DNA of 63,571 nucleotides, the filler included, from Craspedostauros australis (lineage: Eukaryota): assembly GCA_030167865.1 (NCBI GenBank). It is 12 parts of 12 records of this genome, joined end to end, with 100 filler letters (N's around TTAATTAATTAA, not from the genome) between each part and the next. Parts side by side here need not be neighbours in the genome. Positions count along the whole stretch, not along the records: positions 1 to 5,259 come from JALAGF010005489.1; positions 5,360 to 11,549 come from JALAGF010005490.1; positions 11,650 to 17,178 come from JALAGF010005492.1; 9 more parts are not named here. One strand, 5' to 3'. Under the pieces are notes generated by a model, which saw only the letters and a program-made list of their open reading frames with translations, ran no database searches and had not been told where the DNA came from. Below are positions 1 to 12,996 of this stretch, piece by piece. The position numbers were made by a program, and so were the translations under genes. Each line of letters opens with the position of its first letter. Within the stretch, counting starts at the first letter, position 1.

Positions 1-711
1 GACTACTTGATGAGCATCTGAATGAAATGGGATGAGAATAAGCAGGGTGAATAGCGGTAATGTACGCGCTTATCGCGATGCAAGTTCCATCCAACTTTGT
101 GATGTTCAGATGATCAGATGAGCCAATTTGACGCGCTGTTTCGTACAATANNNNNNNNNNNNNNNNNNNNNNNNNNNNNNNNNNNNNNNNNNNNNNNNNN
201 NNNNNNNNNNNNNNNNNNNNNNNNNNNNNNNNNNNNNNNNNNNNNNNNNNNNNNNNNNNNNNNNNNNNNNNNNNNNNNNTTATGCCAGTTTGACATGTTG
301 TTTCGAGCAACACATCGTCAGCAAACGCGTCTGTGAACATCTGAGCCCTCAATTTAAGATCAGAAGTGTAAGGAGATCTCGGTTTGAGCTTCATGTGACA
401 CAATGAATCTTGGGTGAGAAAGCAGATGTTGGCACAGGCACATGTTTGCATTTCATGGCATGCTTCACTCATGATGACATAACAAAGGATCTGTGAATGC
501 ATGCAGAAAGAGGTTCTTGGCCTTCCTGCACAAGAGTTGGCGGTGACAGGTAGCAGTCTTGGTTGAGATGCGCCTCCAGCATATATATTGATTGATACCG
601 TGAGACGAAGAGATTCGCAGGAAACGGGCACGGGAATGGTTTGTTTCCCGTTTGTGATTTGAGTCACAAAAGTATCCCGATACCATACTCTTGGGGCCAT
701 GAACTCTAACT

Positions 712-812
712 CCCCTTGTTGCCACTGGTTTGCTTGCTTTTGGGAGAAACGGCGATTTAATATTTAGATCTATTTCGTGTTTGCTCTCGCTGATCCGTCT
801 TCTACGTCACAG
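712..812 (+). repeat. Dispersed ~100-bp repeat, second copy at ~23470-23572
   Basis: ccc(c)ttgttgc.actggtttgcttgcttttgggag.aacggcgatt...tttaga..tatttcgtg...gacgtcacag-like core shared by both sites on different scaffolds. Confidence 0.8.
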
Positions 813-1362
813 AGAGCGGGCGCCACGTCATGCAATAGCATTCGCAACAGAGGGACATCGTGTGGCTCTTCCTCTGCAAGACAAGATGACCGTGTGCAGC
901 AACAACAGAATGCCAGCAGATCCGAAGGTTCGTCATCTCGCAGTCAGCAACTCCACTGATAAGGATCCGTCATTCCGGTCAACCACCATTTGCAATCTTT
1001 GCATGTCATCTGCGCCCGACCTCGCGTCTGAATCTCTTTGTTCTCGTACACAACTGCAGAGCAGAGCAGAGTGGAGCAGCTCCATCGCTTCCACTTCTTG
1101 CACTGCTTCCTTTGGTGTCATAAAAAGGATCAGCCCACAACCAACAACCAACGATCAACGATTGATCAACGAACAACGAACAACAAACAACAAGCAACCA
1201 AGAGCGGCCAATACCGTGAAGCCATCACTCCTTTCTGCCAGGCCCTTGCAGCATCCAAGCATCTTATCCTCACGTCGGAGCTCAATGAGACACCCGAAGG
1301 ATCCAAGCACGAAGAGAATGATCAGGATGTTCAATCGGCACCTCCCTGCATTGCATCTCCGC

Positions 1363-2043
1363 TGTCAGGAATCGAGGGTACGACTCCGTCGGAAAGATAC
1401 CCATGATTGCCGCAACTCCCAACATTATTTGTCACACCTTTGGATATTATTCGTCACACCTTTGAATATTGTCCATTCCACCCACGACACGAATCACACG
1501 GGAATGACCCCAGTCTTACCAAGCAAACAAGCCTGTCCTCTATGAATCAAGAAAAGGCCATGACATCTAAACCATGTGAAGGAAGATGATGACCGACACA
1601 TTGATGATCACCCCATCTAGAGATCATGGCACGTGTCACCCACGGACTAGAACAACTCAGAAAGGGCATCAACCATGACACCAATCATGACACCAATTGT
1701 AAAGTTTGGTGTCAGGAGATCAAGAGCGAAACGCAAGACTGTGGAATCGTACCGCAGGGAATGTAGAATAAGGATATGCACGACGAGTCGCAAGGCAGGA
1801 ATGCCTTCGGATATGCACGACGATGTGCATGACAAGGATGCCTGCGGATGAGGCCTCATGCATGCAAGCGATGATCCATGATGATGAGATGCATGAATGC
1901 AACAGTCTAACGAGATGCTGCTGCAGGAGATGCTACATGAGAAACGAAAGGCAAAGAAGCTGAAGAGAATGAGCTCACAGTTCTGAATAGTACGATCTAA
2001 CAACGAATTAGTTCTTACTAACACTAACCCCGGATTTCCAACA
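1363..2043 (+). mobile_element. ~680-bp TG..CA element (solo-LTR or TIR type), family member 1
   Basis: Starts TGTCAGGAATCGAGGGT, ends ACCCCGGATTTCCAACA (imperfect 17-bp inverted termini); both ends shared with 34321-35051 and 61644-62399. Confidence 0.8.
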
Positions 2044-2663
2044 TGGGCGATCAACTCTGCATGTGCTGGAATCCCACCCAAATTGAAATAGAGAACAGTG
2101 TAGTTCCAATTGTCTTCTTTGTCAAGGCGTTTGCGAGGACTACCAGGCTTAGCAATACTACGCCCTCCATCCTTTCGCAACCATCCTTTTGTTTTCGCGC
2201 CTTTCTTCATCTGCTTCGTGAGCTGAGCGATTGCTGTTGCTTTCTGACGCCGCGAGACCTCGAGAAAAGCTGCGATTTTGGCTTCTTGCGATTCTGTGGT
2301 AGTTGGGGATGGTGTGGGGGGCTTAGCCTTGTTATTGGCACGCATGGCAGCGACAGAGCGATGCTGGGGAGAAAGGAGGGAAGGCTTAGCAAGGCCTCCA
2401 GCAGTGCGAGTCCGCGCGAAGGTAGCGAGGCTATGTGGTTTGCACAGGTCCTCACGAACAACATACATTCGGTTCTGCCCCATCACTGGGGTCACCATGA
2501 CCATTGCCACCTCTCCTGCTGCAAGAGGCCCATTGCATTTGATTGTAGCGCCATCCGTGGTCTGCTTCATTGCAAACTCAACATGACATACGCCCAGGTC
2601 ATGGACCCTGCCGCTTGAGCTCTGGTGGGATGCCACCTTCACACAGTCACCAGCGCGCAGCAT
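2044..2663 (-). pseudogene. Hypothetical ORF (~207 aa) truncated by the TG..CA element
   Basis: ATG-initiated open frame with protein-like composition runs straight into the element terminus at 2043; no recognisable domain. Confidence 0.35.
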
Positions 2664-4366
2664 GCTTGCGAGGTGAAGAGTTCAGTGGTTGCAGGATGGT
2701 GTGTGCTGTGTTGATGGAGGCTGCAGTGTACTTCAAAGACGCGTCGCGACGCACACCAGAAACACGAGGACAGCAACGCAGCGCATCGCATCACCAGCCA
2801 TCGACGCACAGCACGGCGCAGCGCGTCACAGGGGGCATGGGCAACATTGGAGGACGGTCACAGTCATTGTACATTGTTGTACAAGCAATGGCTACAAGCA
2901 GCAGAGAATCAACAGCAGGTCGTTCCAGATGTGCAGTGTTTCCGCTGTCCACTTTGTGAGGTCAGTTTTGTTGTTGTGGAATGGAGGCGAAATTCGGGAC
3001 TCGCAAAGTGTTCCCATTGGTTGTCACATTCGGTAGATTTGTGGTTAATCTCCATGGCCCCCAACAGCAAAAACTGTTTGAGAACACCAAACACAACACA
3101 ACAACACGACAATGGAGAAGCACAACAAAACTCCTCAAGCGCCGTCGAACGGCATCATCGGCACTGCGACAACCAGCGGTCCAGTGCAAGATCTGACTGC
3201 ATAGGCGGAACCGCCATGGAAAGTTGGGTGGATGAGCGAGAGCGGGATGTCATCTTGGCTTATTTGGGGCCGTGGCAGGCCCACGCGCAAGCGACACGAT
3301 TCGGAGAAAAATATGCTCGTTGGATATGGTCTCTGCCTGGAATGCACAGGCCATCCCAATGACTATTGATGGGCAAGACGCATCAAAGAGGATACGATGA
3401 AGATGCACACGAAGTTGGAGGGTGGGGGGTGGCCTGGAAGGTGCCCTCCGCAAGAAACAAGTGGCAGGCAAGAGTTTTTTGGTGGGTGGCGGCGGACACA
3501 TCACGTGACTTCGCTGGTGATGGGTGCCATTGACAAGTCACCCAGATCGCCAAGCCACCCATTCAAGATGTGTTCAGAATTAACTCAGGGATCGGTTCAT
3601 GAAGCGTCAGAAAAAACAAAGGTCTGGAAGAGGCTTCAACCTGGGATGCACACAAAAGGTTTTTTTTGGGTGTCGGAAAGACAGCATGGTGACATCATCA
3701 CATGGAGATGTACCTTTGGAGGTATGAACGCCCCACCCATTCTGAACACATCAGTGTGTCGCCAGAGAATGTGGGANNNNNNNNNNNNNNNNNNNNNNNN
3801 NNNNNNNNNNNNNNNNNNNNNNNNNNGAGAATGTGGGAACGCATGAGGGGCATGTGGAGGAGCTGCAAGGATCGTATCGACGAGATACGGATCCAAATAC
3901 GAACGGCATCTGCGTCGGAATCGGGTGTTCGAAATTTCTGCGTTTCAGTGCAGGGAGACTTTGGAGTATGAGATGAGCCTATCTGCGCAGGATCTTCATG
4001 GAGTGGATAGATGGGGGGTATCCGGAGCTAATGTGGTGCGCAGATTGTGAAAATGCCAGGGATGATAATGATGATCATGGGTGCTGAAGGTAGGGCAGCA
4101 TGGTGGCACCCCGAATTTTCTGCACCCACCACCTGACAGACAGCAAGCCAAAATGACATTAAAAATAAAGTTTATAAAATTTTAACTTCGATATTCAGAA
4201 TAAACGATAGTCAAGCGTCCGAATGCACTGTCTATTTTTAATTTTAAATGGTGCGTTGTTGAGATATAACATCATAAGCAGTTCTTTGGATTTTTTTGAT
4301 GTGCTCTATTTTCGTCTACTTTAACACGAGTCATTGCCCGCAAAACTCAAAAAAACACTCCACAAC

Positions 4367-4438
4367 TAGTGTTATCGCGAGTGCATCAACTACGATCTGG
4401 AGCTCGTAGTGTTATCGCGAGTGCATCAACTACGATCT
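4367..4438 (+). repeat. Direct repeat, 2 x 32 bp at 40-bp period
   Basis: tagtgttatcgcgagtgcatcaactacgatct at 4367-4398 and 4407-4438, next to an AT-rich tract. Confidence 0.9.
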
Positions 4439-5077
4439 CAAGGTCGTACGAACTGCAATTTGTGTTGGTGCAGTTGACTCGATCGGAACAATGCCGCTGG
4501 GACAGACACCAGGCGGAGCAATGATGTGCCAGTCATCCACAGATTTGATTCAACGGCTGACAGTCATTACCACCACCAAGCTGCACAGCACAAGGCAAAC
4601 AGCAGCAAAAGCTCATAATCTCTTGTAAGTTATCTGATTACACCACCCACATCAATCACACAGCACTGCCTCTGGTCTATTGCTTCGGTTCATGGCCGAG
4701 TAGGGACCGCTGCAGAAGTTGTTGATTCAACAATTTAGGTGTCCTTCACAAAAACGCCTCTCTGCGACATCGTGGGAAGCGTCTCTTCTGTTTGGTTCAC
4801 AAACCCTGACAACGTCACTACAAACGCGACACCACTGCGTTTCCACCAAATAACACCATCACAACAGCAACCCATCCCTGTCAGCCCATCGCCGCCGCCA
4901 AAAGTGACACACGAGGAGATAACGCACAATTCAAAAGCAAGCATTAGTATATTCCATTGTTGTGGAATAGAAGCCAAGCCAAGCAAAAGCAAAGTGGAGT
5001 TGAGTTGAGTTGAGTACCAAAGTACTCTATTCGTTTAGAATAATACTCTAAGCACTATTCCATCGAACCTGCTGGCC

Positions 5078-5259
5078 ATGGCGAGGTCCATCTCAAGCAA
5101 CAACACAAGGCTGTCGTCAACGGCGCAGACTGCGGTCACGTTCACGTCCGGCAACGACTTTTACGATGATGGATACAACGAGACAGAGTTAGCTGCGCAG
5201 ATCCACTCCAAGCTGGATTTTCGCAACACCCAGTTCTTCGGTCGATCAAAGGAGCTGGA
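5078..5259 (+). CDS. 5' fragment of probable AAA_16/STAND-type ATPase-domain protein
   Basis: KLDF....FFGRSKEL resembles the (F/Y)GRxxE motif that precedes Walker A in this family; truncated at scaffold end. Confidence 0.45.
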
Positions 5260-8200
5260 NNNNNNNNNNNNNNNNNNNNNNNNNNNNNNNNNNNNNNNNN
5301 NNNTTAATTAATTAANNNNNNNNNNNNNNNNNNNNNNNNNNNNNNNNNNNNNNNNNNNNAGAGGGTGTCTAAATTTGCGTGATTAGCCTTACTTCTAGCA
5401 AAAATGTCAATTACGTCATTCACATGTCAGACATACATCATACTGATGTATGATGTTTGTCAGCTGATTGCATACTGACGTCGGATGTTGATCAGCTTGC
5501 TGTGCATGCTGGTCCGACCAACGTCGTACGACGTCGGCTGGACCTCATAGCGACGTGACTGTTTGCCACAACAACGCACTTGTGTCTGTCTAGTGCGGAA
5601 ACATGCCTGCATACACAACATCAACGAAGCAACGACGTCCATCATCCTCATGGCAACAAACGAGTTGTTCTTGCGTGAGACATGTCCGTTCTGTTCCACA
5701 CCAAAGAAGGACAACAATTAATCATTCACATCTCGCCATCACCGCAGCGGAGGATTCGCCACACACAAGGTCGAGCAGAAACTGACATTCTCTTGCGGTT
5801 TGACATTCGACGGCAGTCACGGCAAACCAACAGAAGAAAAAGTGCTTTGTCTTTACGACCATTTGGTTTTTGTTTTCTATCAATAGTCATAGGTCAGCAG
5901 TGGTGGGCGATCGCTGTTTTGTGCATGTGATCTTGGCGCGGAACGGGGGTTGCTCAGGAAGACCTGAACGACAAATGTGTCAACGAACTGGGCGCTATCG
6001 TACCAATACCAGACATGGGGATGCGTGCACGATCTATCATCCACGACATCACAAGCAACATTGATTACCAACAGATGAATCACCAGGCAACTACACTTGC
6101 GGTACGGCTGCGAATGACCACGACCAACACTCCTCTCTCCAACAATGCTGTACTCTAGACACGATTAATTGTATTCTGGTGAAACAATAGTATCGGATGA
6201 CACTCATGCGACGAGACACCGCGATGAACACGACAGCGGGCTGGCACCCTCGCGACTCCTGTTGTGTGCATTGCCGTCCTCAGTCGCACTGTATGTTCTG
6301 TCCGCAGGTGTCGTTGCCACCTGTTTACGTGGACAACTCCGCTTCCGCAGGTGATGGCGCCGTGGCGGTCACAGTGACATCCCCCCAACCATTGATGCAG
6401 TGGCTGCTGCGTGGTTCACTCAAACATCATACAAGCATTGTTCGGGTACGGTTTGACTTGACATTTCCTCTGTGTTGTGTCAAGACATTTTTGGTCCGGC
6501 AAAACCACGGTCCGATTGTAGGACGGTTTTTGTGTTTCACTTGAATTGCTTGTGCTCGATTGATTCTGGTACAGCATCATTCTGCACAACCATTGGCGTG
6601 GCGGTGATGTGCGTTCCCTCAAACATGGTGTGGTTGGCCACACAGCGAACTCCTATCAATCGACACATCGGATGATGATGGTGCTGTTGATGTTTCGGAA
6701 ACTGCGGAGGTTGTCCTACTTTCATTGACAGTTCGAAACCAAGGATCTCCTCTCGAACAGATATTCATCGAACGTACTAACGGACATGGTGTCGGACCAA
6801 CATTGGATGACGCCGAAATACACGATGTCCGATATGCGCACTACTGCTAACTGAAGTACGATCATGTGAATCCGAAATCGAACAATACCGCATAATGTCC
6901 GCTATTCTGTGTAATATCACAACTATACGGCAACCTCCGTGTGGTTTGGATCTTTCTGTTCACATCTGGATCTTCGAAAACCCGAACCTTCGACTGATAC
7001 GACTATGAGTCAGATCACCAAAGAAGATCAACGATTGTTTGGACATCTTGTCGAAGCACAACGAATACGAGAGATCAATCATCGTGACACGCAAGTGGTT
7101 CGAAATGGTCGTTGGGTGTTTCCATCGGTCTGAACGGTCTTGTGGCCTTGAGTCTGCCTCCGACTACTCGACTTCAGTCACAATCAACACCACAACAATT
7201 TGAAACAAACAACGTGGAAGTCTTCGGATGCAGAGAGAAAGAGAGAGAGGGAGCTGTCACCATGACCACCACCACCATGTGCGCCATGCGTACCATGACC
7301 CACGCTTGCTTGCGTCATCGTGGCATCTGCAAGACACGCTTGTCTGCCTGTCATCACAAGCACCAACTTGAGGTTCAAACCAATGCCTCGAACAACGATG
7401 AAGCCACTGATGTGACTGCGTTTGTTGGTTGCCTTTGTTGGTCGCGACACATCGCATTTGGATTTGGCTGGTTGCCATCCCACCTCATTCCAAGCATCGC
7501 CATCCGCGCGGGCAACAAGAGTCCTCAACATCAAACCAACACCACATTGCGTATTGGGATGGGGTGACATGTTCAGCAATCAACAGGCAGAGCGATACTG
7601 TGCCGCCTCCATTGTTCCTGTTGCACGGACCACCAACATACAGCACCATGCGCATTCTATCAATAGGCATGAGTGCCGCCGTCTTGGCTTGTGACTTGCG
7701 GAGCATCGATGCTCAACAGAGGCGATCGACAAGAACATCCGCCTCATCAACGAAGTTGGGAGCACCACAAAGGAGGACATGTGGGTGTATGGTGCTCATG
7801 GTCCATGGATCGCTGACCGTGTGCTTCTTCTGCCATATGGAACTCTGTGTCAACCACGATTAGCAATACGGCACTCGCACTCTGCATGGGGTTGCTTGTT
7901 GGTTGGTTCGTTGGTTTCTTCTTTTGCTCGTCAAGCACTCTGGATGTTTGGACTGCGCTGGCTCGTCGGTTCTTGTCTTTCCACCACGCTGGCACTGCTC
8001 GCTTCGAAGATTGGAATGGATGGTGACCCTGGCAGTTGTTGCTTCAATGGCGAGTGATCGCTCCTCCTGGGGCTTGGCAAGGGTCTTGACTGCAGTTTGG
8101 GCACAATGGTGGGAACGCAACTCCTGGAGAGATGAGGACAATAACGCGATGCGGGACGGTCGATGGAACCGTGCAGCAACCATGCTCCTCGCGGCTTCTC

Positions 8201-8591
8201 ACCATTTCCCTCTGCTTTGTTCGCCATGTGCTCTTCGTAGATCGTCTCTTCCACAAACTTGGATCGGCTGGCATTTTGGCAATGTAGCTTTCAATCTACT
8301 TGGCAGTGTGACTTGGAGTGGAGCGCTCTGTGTGCGTATGTACCGCAGAGAGCAGACCAGAGTAGTCATAGACAAGGTGGAGACAGTGTGGGAGCAGTAC
8401 CCAGCCCTTCAATCTCTTGAAGAATCCAGTGACTTTATCACAGCGTTCTATGGCACGAGTAGATAGAGTGCATGCGGTACTGTTCCAATCCTACATATCA
8501 TAGAACATTACAATCCATTCGCAGGTGCATTACATTACAGCGAAGTGAGTCTACCACACCTCTATGAGTATGATACAAATACGGAGCGGCC

Positions 8592-11155
8592 CATCCATCT
8601 CATTCCATACCATCATGTCGTGATGCATCACGGGTGGGAGTGTTGGTACCATTCATCGAGCGATCGCGGTACTGAGACACGCTCTTGTTCCTGACTGCTT
8701 TCTTTGGTGTGAGTTGCAGTGGCTTTGTGTCAGACAGCTTCTCATGGTAGACAGCATCGCGAGTCGACGATCTGTTTCGTCCACGATGATTTGATTGAAG
8801 GGCCCCGCGTGATGACGAACGTTCTTTGCCATGCTGTTCCTTGCCATGCCGTCCATCTTCATCTCTCTCATCGCTGTGCTGTTCGATGCTGTCAATTCGA
8901 CATCCTCTTGATCTGCTTCGTTGTCGCGCCGATGGTGATCGTTCATCGGAGGACTTCCTTCGCTGATCTTCGCCACTTGGTGTCGATTGGCTGCGGCCAC
9001 GTTGATTTGGTCTTCGCGAACTTCCCCGGGCATGCGTTCGGGAAGGTGAGCCCTTGCGTTGGTGCAAACCAGTACCGGTGGAGTGCGCATTTGAGTTGGA
9101 TTGGCGTGAGCGCGAGACTGCATTGATATCATCCGAACTGCCAGGTGTTCGTTGTCGCCGTGATGATGGCGATGAGTCCATCGATACTTGCGCAGTCTTC
9201 TGTGATCGCGATCGGACAGGCTTCGACGACTCCGCGCCGACGGCGAGCGGCGGCTTCTTCCAGAGAAATACGTGTAGATTTCTCCGTCACGACGATGACA
9301 CAATGATGGCGAACGCTCCACACTCTTTGATCTTGACAATGTCGAGTGCGGTTTGCCACTGGTGTGCTGTGCGCTTCTCCGCCGATGCCGTGGCGACGGT
9401 GATATCGATGGTAATATCAATGATGATGACGCATCTCTTGTTTTGCTGGTGTGGTGATGTCGGGGCCCATTGCCAAGCACCTTGGAGATCCTTTCCTTTC
9501 CTTGATCACATCGCGCAGAGCATCCGCGCTTCGTCCGCGTGAACGTCGTTGCTTTGAGTCTTCACTTGGGCGCAACGAACTGCATGCAGATCTGTTGCGA
9601 GAAGGAGCCACCCGGTCCTTCTTGCTCGATTGCAATTCGATTCCCAAACTCAAGGCTCCAGGACTGGATGAGGCTTGGGGTTTTGGCCGAGACACCTCCA
9701 TGCTTGTGTTGGAACTGTTGAAGATTGAGTTTGGATTTGGACTGTGATGATGATGATGATGATGACGGTGGCGACGGCGATGATGATGGCGATGATGACG
9801 CCTTTGCGGATGCTTCAGTCAAGGCAAGATCGGCCAATTGCGATGGTCGACATTCGAGAGATGGTCGTTGCTTCGATTTGGCAGGATTGGTTGACGACAC
9901 TTCACGTCATGATGATCGTTTGGCCTTGAGGATGCTTGCCAACGTCGACCTGCGCTTCTTCAACGACAAAGACTGTNNNNNNNNNNNNNNNNNNNNNNNN
10001 NNNNNNNNNNNNNNNNNNNNNNNNNNCGGTGGCGACGGCGATGATGATGGCGATGATGACGCCTTTGCGGATGCTTCAGTCAAGGCAAGATCGGCCAATT
10101 GCGATGGTCGACATTCGAGAGATGGTCGTTGCTTCGATTTGGCAGGATTGGTTGACGACACTTCACGTNATGATGATCGTTTGGNCTTGAGGATGCTTGC
10201 CAACGTCGACCTGCGCTTNTTCAACGACAAAGACTGTTGTCTCTATTCATGTATGTGGCTGAACGGGGCTGGTGTAGATGCCGCACTCCGACCTCCAGGC
10301 GTGACAGGGGCCACAGGGCTTCTCCCACCGTTCGTTGCAGCAGCACTTGTAGCAACGCCAATGCTGTCGTCGTCGTCGTAGAGACTTGGCAGATTGATCA
10401 GTGACTCCAGGCTCTTGCTGCGTGACGTCTCCGTTGTCGCAACTCGAGATAGAGCCGGGGTGCTGGCTGTACTCATCGCGCCTGTTGTGTCTGATGTGTA
10501 TGTTGTGCCTGGCATGTTGTGTCCGTCCTTCGAGAATTCCAAACTCTTGCTCCTCGATTTGGCGCTGCTGGTCGTTCCGTTGGAATTCGTTTGTGTCCTT
10601 GGCCTGCGTCTCCGACTCTGGACAAACTTCGTCTTGTCTTGGCTGCTCCATTCGCTGGTTGCGCCGAGTGCTGGGGCTGTGGCGAAGCAGAGCCCACCTG
10701 GGGTGATTGGCACCGGCATCGGTTTGTTGTTGTTGAACTTGCTGGGATCAAGGGAGTTGAATGACATCTTGTGATCTTGCATGTTGAGAATGTCGAGCAT
10801 GTCCAGACTCTTCGCACATGATAGTTTCACAGCCGAAGCTTTCGCATCTTTTGCTGTACTTCTATTGGCACTGCTTGGTGTATCTGTGCTGACACTCGCA
10901 CGACGACCTGATTTTGCAGCTGGTTTGGCCTCATTGGCTACACTGGTGGGCTTGCTCGCCTTCGATTTCGTGTCGGCCTGTTGCGGTTGCTTGGTCTCCG
11001 TTTGCTTCTCCGCTATCAGTCTGACACCGTCCTCTTCCAGCAACTTCGATTGTCATGACCTCATGAAGGTTCGAACAGAGTATCAGGCTGGACGCTTTGC
11101 TGTGGCAACTCCCAGAGTAGATCGTACTCATGGAAGGTTCCATAGCAATACTCAT
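8592..11155 (-). pseudogene. Disrupted Ser/Arg/Lys-rich low-complexity protein gene
   Basis: Chain of compositionally similar minus-strand ORFs (10243-11043, 9562-9900, 9417-9701, 8653-9480, 8600-9181) broken by stops and frameshifts; 9766-9976 is re-assembled at 10027-10236. Confidence 0.5.
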
Positions 11156-12149
11156 AGTCGTACGACGGGTGGGTCAAGGCATGGAGCAACTGGCGAGCCT
11201 TCCCACAGATCCTCTTGGATGTCGATGTCTCATCATCTTGTCTGTTTGTTTGTGCTTGTGTTGTTGGTGGTGGTACCAATTGTGAAGGGATGCGGCGTCA
11301 TTGGAGTGGTTGCCATCGCCATCGCCATCGCCATCACCATCACCATCGTCGAACAGAGTTGTGTCGAATGAAGACAACAGAGAGGTGATGTTGGTTGTGA
11401 GTGTTTGTGTGTATCATTGGTTGAATGAACAACGGATGGCAGACAGACGAGTACTCGCCAAACGCGCCAACAATTCTTGACACCATCCAAAACAACGAAT
11501 CTTCGATTTTGCACCCATGATTCATCAAACAACATCAACATCAACACAANNNNNNNNNNNNNNNNNNNNNNNNNNNNNNNNNNNNNNNNNNNNTTAATTA
11601 ATTAANNNNNNNNNNNNNNNNNNNNNNNNNNNNNNNNNNNNNNNNNNNNATAACAACACTCATCCTCACCCCAACAACGATCTGATCACTCTACGTTTCG
11701 GTGCGGAATCCCATCCTTGATTTCGTTCTAACATGTAATGACGAACAAAGAACCGAGGAGTGGGAATATTCCATTACCACGAAGTACAAAAAGGATCGTG
11801 AGAGAACCCTCCGGTGATAATGGATGAAGCTGGTGACGAACCAGCGAAATGCATGTGNNNNNNNNNNNNNNNNNNNNNNNNNNNNNNNNNNNNNNNNNNN
11901 NNNNNNNNNNNNNNNNNNNNNNNNNNNNNNNNNNNNNNNNNNNNNNNNNNNNNNNNNNNNNNNNNNNNNNNNNNNNNNNNNNNNNNNNNNNNNNNNNGCC
12001 TGTGAATCAACCATGTCTACGATGATGAATCTATCAGAGGAAAGACAGGGTGAATTCACGAGATGGGCAACCTTGCAAGATGAATACAAGGGAGATGAGC
12101 AGATGCAACCACGAGGATTGCAGCAGGAGATCGATCATCAACAGGAAAG

Positions 12150-12228
12150 AGCAATGAAGAGCTCACAGTTCGAAAGAGTAGATTCTAATAACGATTAGTC
12201 TCCTACTACTAACACCACCCCGGATTTC
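12150..12228 (+). mobile_element. Right end of TG..CA element family (cut by N gap)
   Basis: gagctcacagttc...ctactaacaccaccccggatttc matches 1970-2038. Confidence 0.7.
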
Positions 12229-12996
12229 NNNNNNNNNNNNNNNNNNNNNNNNNNNNNNNNNNNNNNNNNNNNNNNNNNNNNNNNNNNNNNNNNNNNNNNN
12301 NNNNNNNNNNNNNNNNNNNNNNGGATACGCATGTTGAGACCACGGTGGTAGTGTGGTGGTCATCAGCATGAAGGAATCGAGGTATGTTGTAGTAAGGAGG
12401 ATCTGAGGAGCATATAGTTCCCAGGTGGGGTGTGAGTCAGGTCGGTCAGGTTTGAGTCATGACGGATTCGTGAATGGAGGAGAGGAAGGAGGAGAAAAGA
12501 TTTGGTGGTCGATCAAGTCGGAAGATTTCGCGCCAAAACAAGAATTTCTCCCATCAGGTTGATACCGTGTTCGGTAATAGTCTGTCCCTCATTGAATCTC
12601 AACTCACTTTCTATTCTTTCTGAGTCGCGATTCGAAAAAAACGCCGTTTTCCCTTCCCCCCAGAGAAACAACAAGAAGCCAGATGGTGTGCGACCTGGTA
12701 ACTTTCGACGCGCTGCGTTCTGTCCCTGTTGACGTAGAATCTTGCCGTTCAAACTTGTACCAGCATGAAGCACCAGGAAGGAATCAACAGAACAACCCTG
12801 CAAGCTTGTTTGCGTGTTGGGAGCCCTTGATCGCACTCCAACAAAACACCCAGAAACACCACGCAAAACAGAAACACCACGCAAAACAGCGTGAACGGCA
12901 CAAATCCACTCAAAAGGTCACAAAATCAGAGCAACAATAACAATAGCAACAGCAACACCACAACATTCCCACTCTAATCATAACCAACGCGCAAAG

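Noticed and set aside
730..1545. 271-aa ORF
   Set aside because: Spans repeat sequence and an element boundary, lacks an ATG start, and has no motif
7903..8466. Possible small spliced gene
   Set aside because: Only the 3' ~70 codons look protein-like; no supportable exon structure or family
12526..12534. E2F-like TTTCGCGCC site upstream of the DUF6824 gene
   Set aside because: Single short motif, plausible by chance; no supporting evidence
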